Part shown: piece after piece, positions 34,061 through 43,355 of the stretch | Layout: each line of letters starts with the position of its first letter | How positions within the stretch are numbered: the first letter of the stretch is position 1 | Source: a virus | Lineage: Duplodnaviria > Caudoviricetes | Length of the DNA: 50,058 bases | Virus record (IMG/VR): IMGVR_UViG_3300031454_000006 | Span: 1-50,058 of that record | Strand: one strand, 5' to 3' | Notes under the pieces: model-generated | What the model was told of the DNA's origin: nothing | Databases searched by the model: none | The model's input: the letters and a program-made list of their open reading frames with translations, nothing else | Made by a program: the position numbers and the translations under genes

Positions 34061-34417
34061 TCATCTGTCCTCGAAAACTTCGTTATCGTCGAAAAGCTCC
34101 TGCTGGTAATCTTCCTCGGTCATCGAGCGGGCTTCGATCAGCTCGTCGGTGTCGGTGCGGTAAATACTGCACAGATTTTTCCGGGTGTTAAATTCCTTCC
34201 GCACCGGAACCGAGCGATCTTCCTTGCCGGTATTGACGATTTTCGCCAGCTCGAGCAGAACCTTCGTCGAATCTTTCATCTGCTGGGTAAAACCGGCGGC
34301 GACTTTTTTCTTTTCCGCTTCAAGGTCGCGATGAAATTCGGTGGCTTTTGCCAAATCCTCACCTTTGACCTTGATTTCCTCTTCGTTTAGCTGAACGGAC
34401 AGTATTCTCGTGTTCAT
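34061..34417 (-). CDS. Hypothetical coiled-coil phage protein
   Basis: ORF track; AGGAG RBS. Confidence 0.7.
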   Translation of the reverse strand: MNTRILSVQLNEEEIKVKGEDLAKATEFHRDLEAEKKKVAAGFTQQMKDSTKVLLELAKIVNTGKEDRSVPVRKEFNTRKNLCSIYRTDTDELIEARSMTEEDYQQELFDDNEVFEDR

Positions 34418-34441
34418 TTTTTCTCCTTGGTTTTTGTTAAA

Positions 34442-36919
34442 TCACCCTTGCGACGTTTCGCCCAAATCGTTTTCGTCGATGTCATCGTCGTCATCCTCTT
34501 CCTCGGGCATCGGGTAATCGAAATACTCTTTTTCAAAATAAAACGACGGCTTTACCGCGTCCAGTCCTTCGAGCTTTTGAGCGAGATATTCCTTTGTCGT
34601 TAATTTGAATTCGTCGGGCGCGACCTGAAGAAGCGTTTCGGCTTCGACCAGGGCGTAATCAACTTCGAAGCGTTGGGCGAGGTTTTTCGTCGAGACTATT
34701 GATTGGTTTTCGGAGATTGTCGAATCGTAATCAAGCAGCGACATAAACAGGACCTGCATCCGTGTCTGGGTATCTAATTTGAGAATCGAATTCTCCCATC
34801 CGGTCGGCGCCTCATCCCTTTCATCGTCGCTTTGGTTGATTTCGTAGCCGGAGGCTTTGATTAATTCTTCGAGCGGCGAGCTGCTGTAAGCCTTATTCTG
34901 CTCGAAAACAAGCGCCGCAAGCCTAGACACCAATTCCTCGTCGCTTAAAAATTCCTCGACGAAATTCGGGCGCGCGCTGATCTTCGAGAGTATTGACCGG
35001 CGAACGGACGTTCGCAGCAGCCGCTCGAACTTATCCTGCCGATTTTCTTTCTCGCGCGCTTCAGCCGTTTTCTTGTCTTCGGGCGTGAGCGGCTTTTGAG
35101 AGTTCGCCTGATTCCAATGAACGGCGCATTCTTTATCAGGGCATAGATTAATCGCCAGTCCGACTTGATTGCCGTCGATAAAGACGCCCTGCTCGGTTGA
35201 ATCGCATTTGTCTTTTTTGACTTCCCGGTACCTCCATGACGCAATGGTTTCAGCGCCGTTGTATGTGTTTTGGTAATTTGAGGTGATATAAACGACCGAT
35301 TCGACGGCACGACCGGAAGCCTCCGCCACCTCCTTTCTTTTCAACTCGATGTGATTAGTCATCTTCAGCGAGAAGCAATTCGGATTCAAACAGTTGTCGT
35401 TTTCGCCGATGATGTCGTCTTCAAACAATGAAAAACGGGCTTTGGTACGCTGCGGGCAGTTGACGCAAGCCAAGCCGTCCGGTCGCAGGTTTGTCGCTTT
35501 TTTGCTGAACGGCGCGGTGTCGAGATTGTGTAGAATCTCACGTTTTATAAACTGCTTTACGTCGACGAGGCTTTTAACGGTTTCGACCGAGTTGTTTTTG
35601 ACGTCCGGCAGACCGCTGTCGCTGCCGACCCAAAGCGACGAATAAACGCCTTTTTTGAGGATTATTTTCTGCGCTTCGGGCGAGTATTTCGTAATCTCAG
35701 AGGCGTGTCCGAGCGGCAGGCGCTTTGCCGCCACTTGCTCCAGTGCTTCGGGTATAAGGTCGTTGAACTTTAATCTGCCGGCAATGAATTTTACCGGCTT
35801 GCCGAATTTGACGGATAAATCGTTTTCGGTCATACCGAATTTGTCGATGTATTCTTTGTAGGAAGCCGCTTCGTCAAGCGGGTCGGGTTCCTTTCGCTGG
35901 AGATTTTCCACCGTCTGGACTTCAAACGCCGCCTGATCGCTCAATTGTTTGATTGTGCAGGCGATTTTGTCTAAGCCGAGCTTTTTGACAGCCAGAAAGC
36001 GCCGCTCGCCGGCGACGATTTCAAATTTGCCGTGCGGCTGCGCCGCTCTGAGGACAATCGGCGACAGAAGCGAGTGCTGCTCAATTGACGAAGCAAGCTC
36101 GGCGATTTCTTCATCGGTAAAACGGGCGCGTCTTTTTGCCTGCGACTCGAACGGCGACGGCACGACTAAATCGAGACTGATTTCGGTGCTACGGTCAGGC
36201 GCAGGCGAGGAAGAAGAAGCCGAAAACTTATCTTCTTTCGGCGTCGCGGATTCGTCCGAGTTTTTCAAGGAATCGAAAAACTTCATATAACCGAGTTCGG
36301 TTCTCTCAAAAATCAATCCCGAGAATTCAAGATTTTCAGCCCGCCCGCTTTTTACCGCTTTTTCTTTTTTGCCGATTTGTTCGTTATGCTGGTCGGCGAC
36401 GTGAAAACGAACTCTTCTCTCTATTAATTCAGGAAAAGACTCGTAGTTGAGCGGATATATTCCGAAGTCCGAACGAAAGCCGGTGGAAGTTATCGGATTG
36501 GCGCTGCCCGAATTGAAAACCAGATGTTTTTCTCCCGGGGCGTAATGAAAAGGAATTTCGTAATTTTCACCTTCGACTGTTATCGTGAATTTGCCGCCCT
36601 GATTGAAAACCAAGTTTTCATCGCGGCGCTGGAGAGCTTCATTTACTCGTTGAGCGAATGCCGCGTAACCGGCATCTTTGCGCTCGCTTTTTTGCTTTGC
36701 CGTCCAGCTTTTGCCTAATTTCTTTTGTAAAAGTGTTTCAATTTCTTCGATTGATTTGCCGCTGAACTCGGCATAATAAAAATTATTTTTTACTGCTTCC
36801 AGATGCTTTGCGGTGAAAACATCGGTGATTTTTGAAGTTTCATTTTCCTTTTTCGATTTCGCCGCGACCGGAACGTCCGCTGCGACCGCATCCGTAACTG
36901 TTTGTGTTCCTTTGTCCAT
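34442..36919 (-). CDS. Large ParB/RepB/Spo0J family protein
   Basis: ELASSI..LLSPIVLR, IVAGERRF, ENLQRK, HTH; CVNCP..C..CF region. Confidence 0.9.
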   Translation of the reverse strand: MDKGTQTVTDAVAADVPVAAKSKKENETSKITDVFTAKHLEAVKNNFYYAEFSGKSIEEIETLLQKKLGKSWTAKQKSERKDAGYAAFAQRVNEALQRRDENLVFNQGGKFTITVEGENYEIPFHYAPGEKHLVFNSGSANPITSTGFRSDFGIYPLNYESFPELIERRVRFHVADQHNEQIGKKEKAVKSGRAENLEFSGLIFERTELGYMKFFDSLKNSDESATPKEDKFSASSSSPAPDRSTEISLDLVVPSPFESQAKRRARFTDEEIAELASSIEQHSLLSPIVLRAAQPHGKFEIVAGERRFLAVKKLGLDKIACTIKQLSDQAAFEVQTVENLQRKEPDPLDEAASYKEYIDKFGMTENDLSVKFGKPVKFIAGRLKFNDLIPEALEQVAAKRLPLGHASEITKYSPEAQKIILKKGVYSSLWVGSDSGLPDVKNNSVETVKSLVDVKQFIKREILHNLDTAPFSKKATNLRPDGLACVNCPQRTKARFSLFEDDIIGENDNCLNPNCFSLKMTNHIELKRKEVAEASGRAVESVVYITSNYQNTYNGAETIASWRYREVKKDKCDSTEQGVFIDGNQVGLAINLCPDKECAVHWNQANSQKPLTPEDKKTAEAREKENRQDKFERLLRTSVRRSILSKISARPNFVEEFLSDEELVSRLAALVFEQNKAYSSSPLEELIKASGYEINQSDDERDEAPTGWENSILKLDTQTRMQVLFMSLLDYDSTISENQSIVSTKNLAQRFEVDYALVEAETLLQVAPDEFKLTTKEYLAQKLEGLDAVKPSFYFEKEYFDYPMPEEEDDDDDIDENDLGETSQG

Positions 36920-37008
36920 AGTGGTATCTTGCCTCCTGTTGTTTGGTAGTTATTTAATAGTTTTCTGCCTGGCAACTGCTCTGGCTGGTGTGCACACGCC
37001 AGCCTTTT

Positions 37009-37269
37009 CTATTTCCCAACCGCCGCCGGTGAAAATGTCTTTTTGGCGGCGGCAAAGTCCGCCGATTCGGTCCAGAATCGTTTAGCGTAATTGCAAGACC
37101 GGCAGACGCCGAACGCGACGTATTTGATTTGTCCCGAAAATCCCTGATATTCGAGCCTTGATTTGCACGCCGGGCATCTTCTCGATTCGATTAGTATTTT
37201 GTCGATTGCCAGAGAGTCGGGCGCAAAGCCGCGGGCTGACATTTTATTTTCGAGTTCGGAGAATTTCAT
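37009..37269 (-). CDS. Zn-ribbon protein
   Basis: CPAC...CRSC. Confidence 0.6.
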   Translation of the reverse strand: MKFSELENKMSARGFAPDSLAIDKILIESRRCPACKSRLEYQGFSGQIKYVAFGVCRSCNYAKRFWTESADFAAAKKTFSPAAVGK

Positions 37270-37272
37270 ATT

Positions 37273-37548
37273 TTATCGGTTGTTAGGAATTTTCTTTTTC
37301 AATTTAGTAATCACGCCGCGCAGAGCTGAATTGCCGCGCTCAAACGACTCTCTCCGATTCCGCTCGTGGTAATATCGCTCTTCCCAATATTTGGCATCCT
37401 TCTGTAATTGGACATAGTTTTTAGCCATCATTTCGGTAGCGTCGGCGATTCGGAGCAAGCAAGAAGAATTCAGCTCGTCGCGCGTCGGATTGCCTTCGTG
37501 CGGTAAATTAAAATTACTTCGGGACACGTCTCTAAAATTGTTTGCCAT
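37273..37548 (-). CDS. Hypothetical coiled-coil protein
   Basis: Probable start MANNFR at 37548, just after the upstream stop. Confidence 0.6.
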   Translation of the reverse strand: MANNFRDVSRSNFNLPHEGNPTRDELNSSCLLRIADATEMMAKNYVQLQKDAKYWEERYYHERNRRESFERGNSALRGVITKLKKKIPNNR

Positions 37549-37552
37549 AAAA

Positions 37553-37873
37553 TTATTTTCGTTTGCGGAGGTTTGCCCCGATTTCGGCTTCAATCGCTCT
37601 TTCAACCGGCGTCTTTGTAAATTCCTTATGCGCTCTATCAACTTCGCTTTTGACGAAACCGAGCGGCTTCAACCGAACCGGCTTTAGCGAATCGGTTCCG
37701 CATCTTTTCCGAACGACACTTACTTTTTTGCAACCGAAAAGTTTTGCGACATAGTCCGTCCCAACAATCGAAGTGGAGCTTAAATGCGCGAAGCCCTGCG
37801 AGGCTTTCAGGTATCTAACTTCCGACTCAAGATTTTCAAGCCGTTCGATAAGTTGTTTCTCAAACTCAGTCAT
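37553..37873 (-). CDS. Excisionase-like HTH protein (tentative)
   Basis: VGTDYVAKLFGC..PLGFVKSEV resembles AlpA/Xis winged helix. Confidence 0.5.
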   Translation of the reverse strand: MTEFEKQLIERLENLESEVRYLKASQGFAHLSSTSIVGTDYVAKLFGCKKVSVVRKRCGTDSLKPVRLKPLGFVKSEVDRAHKEFTKTPVERAIEAEIGANLRKRK

Positions 37874-38517
37874 TTTCTATGCGTGCAAGTATTTCCAAGG
37901 GAAAAATTAACCGCGCATTCATCACACCATCCGCGAAGACGGCGGCGTTTAAGCGTGTTGTAAGAAATCGATTTTTCTTCCGCCCATTCAATTAAAAGTT
38001 GTGTTTTACCGCCCGCCGTTAAATAAACATTATTTCTGCGGTTTCGTGCCTGCTCAGTGGTTGTTGCCCATTTCACGTTTCCTTTTTCGTAATGCCCGTT
38101 TGTGTCAGTTCTTTCCAAGGTGTGATTAAGCGATGGTTTTAGACCAATTTCACTAAAAAACTCTTCAAATGAATTGAATCTAAATTGAATGCCGCGTTTG
38201 CCGTAAATTTCGTAGTATTGACTTTTCGGGTTTTCGCAACGCTGTTTAGCGGAGCGATATGAAGAAAGCTCGGAAGTTTGGCTTCTGTTTCTATTATGTC
38301 CGTGCGTGATATGACAAACTCTTCGCAAACAGCCGCATGACTTAATTTGCCCGCTATTTAATTTTGCTGTTTCAGCGCGCTGATAAGTTCCGCAATCACA
38401 AATGCAGTGCCATTTACTATCTCCGGCATACCCTAAGACCAGCAGCCGAGTAAATTTGTGTCCGGTTATTAAAACCGGCTGCTTAATTTTTAGATTTGCA
38501 ATTCTTTTGTTTGGCAT
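37870..38517 (-). CDS. Phage HNH-type homing endonuclease
   Basis: WHCICDCG, SCGC, YGKRGI, TLERTDTNGHYEKGNVKWAT..EQARN; start ATG 38517. Confidence 0.85.
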   Translation of the reverse strand: MPNKRIANLKIKQPVLITGHKFTRLLVLGYAGDSKWHCICDCGTYQRAETAKLNSGQIKSCGCLRRVCHITHGHNRNRSQTSELSSYRSAKQRCENPKSQYYEIYGKRGIQFRFNSFEEFFSEIGLKPSLNHTLERTDTNGHYEKGNVKWATTTEQARNRRNNVYLTAGGKTQLLIEWAEEKSISYNTLKRRRLRGWCDECAVNFSLGNTCTHRK

Positions 38518-38518
38518 A

Positions 38519-38635
38519 TTAAATTCCCGCCGCATTTTTCGGCAGATAATCGAACGACTTCAAAACGCGCACTTCGGCGGCGAGCAAATCGATTTGCTTT
38601 TGCATATTTTGAAGCTGCGCGATTAAGTCGGGCAT
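38519..38635 (-). pseudogene. Truncated 38-aa ORF resembling the N-terminus of 37553..37873
   Basis: QKQIDLLAAEVRVLKSFDYL versus IERLENLESEVRYLKASQGFAHL. Confidence 0.45.
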
Positions 38636-39127
38636 TTATTTGTTTACTGATTCCCCAAAATAACGGGCGTTTCGCCGGTCGATAATCTGCTGAATTTTGA
38701 GACTGACGGCGCGCTGCACGTCGAAAATCTCTTTAATTTGAACGTCGTAATCTTTGCCTTCGAGTTCGACCTGAAGAAACTCCGAAAACTGTTTGCAAAT
38801 CTCAGAAGTGCATTCAGCACCGTTGCCGTAAACGCGCGGCAGTTCCGGTTTCCATTTTTGCCGCTCCCGGACGATGATGTTCAGAACTTCATCTGCCAAG
38901 CCTTCGCGCAGACAATCGAACGCCCACAGAAAAACGACAAGCTGGTAAATCGGATTGTGTTTCTCGTCTGTGTTCGGGTTGAACATTTTCGAGACAATCG
39001 CCTGGTCGCGCTGCGTGTAGCGGGCAATGTTTGAAATGTCTTTGTCGGTCGAAACCAATTGCTTGATTTCCTTCTCGAATTGTTCGCGCTCGGGCGGCGG
39101 CATCAGCATAGTCATAAATGGCGTCAA
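38636..39127 (-). CDS. CII-like phage regulator (tentative)
   Basis: ISNIARYTQRDQAIVSKMFNPN HTH-like segment. Confidence 0.45.
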   Translation of the reverse strand: MTPFMTMLMPPPEREQFEKEIKQLVSTDKDISNIARYTQRDQAIVSKMFNPNTDEKHNPIYQLVVFLWAFDCLREGLADEVLNIIVRERQKWKPELPRVYGNGAECTSEICKQFSEFLQVELEGKDYDVQIKEIFDVQRAVSLKIQQIIDRRNARYFGESVNK

Positions 39128-39341
39128 TAATTGACCTTAATTAGGTCTTTACTACTTAAAATTAAATCCGTTAATCTCAAATACATCGCGCGATGCCGGA
39201 TTTGTTTCCGGTCTGCTCGGCAAGCGAAGTTACAAAAATCAGTAACTTGCCGTTACCTGAAACGCGGCGGCTAATCGTCAAAATTTAAGCCGCGTTTCAA
39301 ATTTTCTAAAAAGCCTTGTGCGCTGGTTCGGTCCTTGAAAA

Positions 39342-39878
39342 CTAAATATTTTCTTTCTCGGCAACCATTTCAGGATTCTCGAAAATATTTCCGACAACGG
39401 CGGGCGCAGTGTTTCCGAAACTGCACGCTTCCCAAAGCGAAATATTCCCGCCGTCGCCGAACCAAATTTCGTAGGAAGAAACCGAAGGGACGTAAACGAC
39501 CTTGCCGTAACCCGCCGAATGGTCGAGAATGTCGCCTTCGTAAACGTCAACGCCGAGGATGTCTTTTGCGCCGGTAAACTGCATCAGAACGACTTCATCG
39601 GCAAAGGGCAGAAAAAGCCCGTCAAAGCCTGTATTTGTTGCAAGCGGCGTGATTTTCTTTAGGTCAATCATTTTGCCGGTTAAAGTGTGCCAGCCGCGAA
39701 ATTTGATTTCTCTGTTTTTCATAAGTAGTTTTTGCTTGAATTTTTGGTAAAGCTCGTCGTTATGCCTGATACATAACCAGTGGCGACGGTCGGCGAAGAC
39801 TTTCAATTTCCATCCGCGCCTGAAGCGAATGCGGCGAAAGCATATCGCCCTTCTTCCGCACTCGCAGCGGCGAATCAT
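39342..39878 (-). CDS. YopX family protein (in-frame Cys-containing N-extension or internal start at 39722)
   Basis: REIKFRGW, LMQFTG.KD..G..VYEGDIL, VVGNIFENPE. Confidence 0.85.
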   Translation of the reverse strand: MIRRCECGRRAICFRRIRFRRGWKLKVFADRRHWLCIRHNDELYQKFKQKLLMKNREIKFRGWHTLTGKMIDLKKITPLATNTGFDGLFLPFADEVVLMQFTGAKDILGVDVYEGDILDHSAGYGKVVYVPSVSSYEIWFGDGGNISLWEACSFGNTAPAVVGNIFENPEMVAEKENI

Positions 39879-40234
39879 CGCGTCGCCTGAAACACCACCC
39901 GGGCGATAAAAATGATTGCAGCGCCGAAGACGAGCATCAGAGCGAACACTTTCAAATTCTTAGCGTCCTCGGCGCGATTTTCGCTCTCGATTCGTTCGGT
40001 TAAAGTTCTATTGGCGCACGGCAGGCAAAATTCGGCGTCGGAAATCGGAACCGGATTCGCGCAGCCATTGCAGAATTGATAACCGATTGTCGCCGATTCG
40101 TTCGTGCGGCGACGCTCGACCCGGTTAATGGCGCGTGCGCGGATTTCGCGTTTATCGGTAATGTGAAGCGGCTGGGGCGCGACCCTCAGAATATTGTTAT
40201 TGACGAGTTTTAAGTGCATTATTTTGACCTCCAA
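39875..40234 (-). CDS. Zn-finger plus C-terminal TM protein
   Basis: CNGC..CLPC and hydrophobic C-terminus. Confidence 0.6.
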   Translation of the reverse strand: MEVKIMHLKLVNNNILRVAPQPLHITDKREIRARAINRVERRRTNESATIGYQFCNGCANPVPISDAEFCLPCANRTLTERIESENRAEDAKNLKVFALMLVFGAAIIFIARVVFQATR

Positions 40235-40698
40235 TTAATTTGTTTAAGTTCTGAAACGGTTAAATTTCTGTAGCAATGAACAGCTGTTTTGGTACGTGCA
40301 AAATCCTGTGTATGCGTAAGCCCGACATCTCCTAAAAACAATGGGAGCAGCCTCTTGACGTTTTTCATTTCTCGCGCCGTCCATAATTCAACTGTTTTCG
40401 GGCGTCCCGTCGAAGCTGAAATAAAGGACATAGAGCAATGCCAGAACGGTTCGTCCGTTTCACGTTCGGCGGGCGAGACGGTCAAAATAAGGTGCATAAA
40501 AGCCGTGTTGCCGATTTTTAGAAGATTACTGAATTTGCCAGTCATTACCGCCGCCTTGTTTTCTTCAATGGAGAGCGTCGGATTCTCCAGAGCGCGGCGG
40601 CGCATCGGTTCGGCAATTCGCTCGATTGTGTTTTCACCGCTCGCGGTCTGCGGTGCGGCAGTCGATGGTTTGTTTTCGGCGTGAATTTGTTCGTGCAT
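40219..40698 (-). CDS. Hypothetical protein
   Basis: ORF track; AAGGAG RBS. Confidence 0.65.
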   Translation of the reverse strand: MHEQIHAENKPSTAAPQTASGENTIERIAEPMRRRALENPTLSIEENKAAVMTGKFSNLLKIGNTAFMHLILTVSPAERETDEPFWHCSMSFISASTGRPKTVELWTAREMKNVKRLLPLFLGDVGLTHTQDFARTKTAVHCYRNLTVSELKQINWRSK

Positions 40699-40712
40699 CG
40701 TTTCTCCTTTAT

Positions 40713-40919
40713 TTATATTTTCATCGTGCCGAGCAGTGAATTGACTGCCATTTGTTTGGCTTCCGTGACGGACGTGCCAACTTCAAAAGCATAGAAATTC
40801 TCGTCGCATTCAAGACAAACAAACGGATAATCGATTTCCGGCTCGATTTCGAGATGGACGAAGCCGCCGCATTTCGGACATAGAAAATTTGTAACCCTGT
40901 TTTTATATTTGTCTCTCAT
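40713..40919 (-). CDS. Zn-ribbon protein
   Basis: CPKC...CLECDENFY; probable start ATG 40919. Confidence 0.6.
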   Translation of the reverse strand: MRDKYKNRVTNFLCPKCGGFVHLEIEPEIDYPFVCLECDENFYAFEVGTSVTEAKQMAVNSLLGTMKI

Positions 40920-40939
40920 AAGTTTAAAATCTCTCAAAA

Positions 40940-41444
40940 CTTCAATCCGGCTACCTTGCGCCTAGCGTTTTACTAATTCCGGCTTTGGCTTATGCCGGGT
41001 CAAACGAATTCAACCTAGCTGTATGGCTACTCGCCTGGGAAAACCTCTGGACAAGCTGACCGAACCGAATCTATCTCTTGCCGGATTGAAGATTTCAAAG
41101 ATGCCGGTCTTTCCCGGCTTGTCAATCAGTTTTTACCGCTCACATTGCGGATTTACAGGAATGATTACCTTTTGGCGGTCTCTCTCCGCCCGTCGTGTAG
41201 ATGGAAACGCTTCACATTTGCTTCACCGTTTACGCCTTCTCTCTGACGCCTCACCGGGTAAAAACCCTAAGAGGACGCGATACTTTGGCGATAAATCAAA
41301 CGGCTACCGTCTCCTGTGCAAATATCAAAGACGACCGTAATTATTTGCCGACGGTCGAAGCGGTCTGCCCCAGCGGGGAACTTGTTAAAGTCTTATGCCG
41401 CTGATGATGACTTTAATCGGCGGTTATTACGCGCCGCGCCGCGC
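40940..41444 (-). ncRNA. Candidate structured non-coding RNA region
   Basis: No sense-strand ORF in the track; 12-bp closing stem, two pseudoknots and repeated hairpins. Confidence 0.5.
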
Positions 41445-41454
41445 TTTTGAGAAA

Positions 41455-41781
41455 CTAGACTGTCCAGCCGAACCTTTCCGAATCCTGCCAGCCGACCGCC
41501 TCGGCGTGCCTGTCGCAGCGCGATTCGTAGAATTTATCGTTCCAATTAAATCGGCAGCCGCAATGCTCTGTAATTACGTCGCTTTTATTGTTTGCCAGCC
41601 GCTCAGCGAGGCGCGCAATCAATTCGCCTTCGTCCGCGCCGCCCGCAAGCTGGTATTTCACGCCGTCCGCGAATGCCGCGCCGTTTGCGAATACCTGCAA
41701 TGTGCAGAAGCTCGTTTTGCCGCCCGTTTCCCGTTCGGCTTGTTTCGCCGTCTCGACTAATAATTCGTAAATTTTCGACAT
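41455..41781 (-). CDS. Hypothetical protein
   Basis: ORF track; coupled to upstream gene. Confidence 0.6.
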   Translation of the reverse strand: MSKIYELLVETAKQAERETGGKTSFCTLQVFANGAAFADGVKYQLAGGADEGELIARLAERLANNKSDVITEHCGCRFNWNDKFYESRCDRHAEAVGWQDSERFGWTV

Positions 41782-42497
41782 TATGCGATTACCTCCGCCA
41801 TTGAAGTTTTCACCGCTTCAGCTTTCGCCGCGAATCTGGCAAGAATTACGCAGTGAAAATCCTGCAAAGTTTTGCCGAGATGTTTGCAGATACGGTTTCG
41901 GTATTTGAAGTCGGCGCACGGTTCGCCGCCCTGTTTTTCGCAGTTTGCCAAAACTTTTCCTTCGACCGCTTTCAAATTGGTTTTATATTCGTTGCCGTTT
42001 TCGCGATTAACGACGACAAATGAATCACGCTCGAAATCCGGGAAAACTTCGAGATTCGATTTTTCGGCGCGGGCAATGGCGGCGGTCAACTCAATCTGCC
42101 GGTCGTTGAGACAAATCATCAGCGGTTCGGCTTCAACCGTTTGAGCAGTCAAGTTTTCCTTGACTGCTACGACTTCGACCACCGCCAAATCCTGCGGGAA
42201 TCTGGCGCGGTCGATTTCGGCGACGATTTCTATATGCAGACACTTGACGCCTTCGGGCGAGCAACCGCAGCGGGCGAAGCGTTCGCCGGTTTCCGATTCG
42301 CTGACGACAACCGTCTGTCGCGGGCTGGTAAAGACCATATAAGAGCGGCGCGGCTGGCGGCGGACAAAAAGCGGTTCGACGCGGACGGCGGTTTCCGTTT
42401 TCGATTCGCTCAAACCTCTAAATTTTTTCTGGCAGGTTTTTCCCATTCCGGTTGCTGTCGGGTTTTTAAGTTTTCGTTGGCAAAGTGTGCAGTTCAT
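41781..42497 (-). CDS. DUF6011-like finger plus two SWIM zinc fingers
   Basis: CTLCQRKL..P....GKTC; CGC..CLH; C..CADF..ICKH. Confidence 0.7.
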   Translation of the reverse strand: MNCTLCQRKLKNPTATGMGKTCQKKFRGLSESKTETAVRVEPLFVRRQPRRSYMVFTSPRQTVVVSESETGERFARCGCSPEGVKCLHIEIVAEIDRARFPQDLAVVEVVAVKENLTAQTVEAEPLMICLNDRQIELTAAIARAEKSNLEVFPDFERDSFVVVNRENGNEYKTNLKAVEGKVLANCEKQGGEPCADFKYRNRICKHLGKTLQDFHCVILARFAAKAEAVKTSMAEVIA

Positions 42498-42546
42498 TGA
42501 TTTTTCTCCTAAAAGTTATTCGTTAAATTGATAACGTAAGAAGATA

Positions 42547-42904
42547 TTAACATTTGATGTTAAGTTATGTCAAGGGTATTTGACATTAAATGTTAAGCAG
42601 ACTGCAAAAAATTTTCACTTGATTTCAAAAGCTCTCGAACATCAGCATTTGCAAGATTTGCAATTGAGCAAAGCAGTTCATAAGAAGCATTTTTACCGTT
42701 TTCAGCCCTTGAAAGCGTGATGTTTGTAACACCGAGTTTTCCGGCTACATCTTCTTGAGTGCCGATGCTTTTACGGATTTCAGCAAGTTTTTCTGGAAAA
42801 TAATGATTGCCATTCATAGGAGAAAGATTAATGAATTTAACATTAGATGTCAAGAATAAAGGTCTTGTAATGCCAACAAAAGAACTATTAACATTTGATG
42901 TAAT
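42547..42904. promoter_or_regulatory. Four 17-bp palindromic operators, consensus TTRACATTWRATGTYAA
   Basis: Copies at 42547, 42580, 42837 and 42888 (last degenerate), overlapping or flanking three putative promoters. Confidence 0.85.
42593..42817 (-). CDS. Cro-like XRE HTH regulator
   Basis: TQEDVAGKLGVTNITLSRAENG; start ATG 42817. Confidence 0.85.
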   Translation of the reverse strand: MNGNHYFPEKLAEIRKSIGTQEDVAGKLGVTNITLSRAENGKNASYELLCSIANLANADVRELLKSSENFLQSA

Positions 42905-43337
42905 GTCAGAAGTTAAATCCAGCGCCGATATTCGTAAAGAATTCGGACGCTACATGCAATCTCAGCGTGAAAGCAAAGGTATTTCACAAAAATATATCGC
43001 CGATAAAATCGGAAAAACTGTTACGCAAGTTTCTCGAATTGAAAACGGAAAAAGCGGAACCGAGCGCGATACGGTAATTGAATGGGCAAAGGCTTTAGGG
43101 ATCAACGAAAACGAAGCTCTAAGACAATTCAAGCCAGAAAATACCGCTATTAAAAAACCCATAAATGTCGCCGAATTCTTTGAGATTCTCGACAATCTAG
43201 GCTTGGACGTGCAGTTTCACGGCGGATTCAAAATGCTTGAAACGCTGGATGAAGAAGATTTGCAGGAACTTCTTGACGGCGTCGTCGCTAATGCGTCCGC
43301 AAAAGTGAAAAGGAAAATGCAGGGGAAAAATACTTAA
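42903..43337 (+). CDS. Phage repressor (XRE HTH, ImmR-like)
   Basis: SQKYIADKIGKTVTQVSRIENG; divergent from cro; no S24 peptidase domain. Confidence 0.85.
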   Translation: MSEVKSSADIRKEFGRYMQSQRESKGISQKYIADKIGKTVTQVSRIENGKSGTERDTVIEWAKALGINENEALRQFKPENTAIKKPINVAEFFEILDNLGLDVQFHGGFKMLETLDEEDLQELLDGVVANASAKVKRKMQGKNT

Positions 43338-43355
43338 GGAAGTAAATGATGCTCA

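Noticed and set aside
41385-41460. Hammerhead ribozyme suggested by CTGATGA...GAAA on the plus strand
   Set aside because: Stems I and II cannot be formed around the core, and it is antisense to local transcription.
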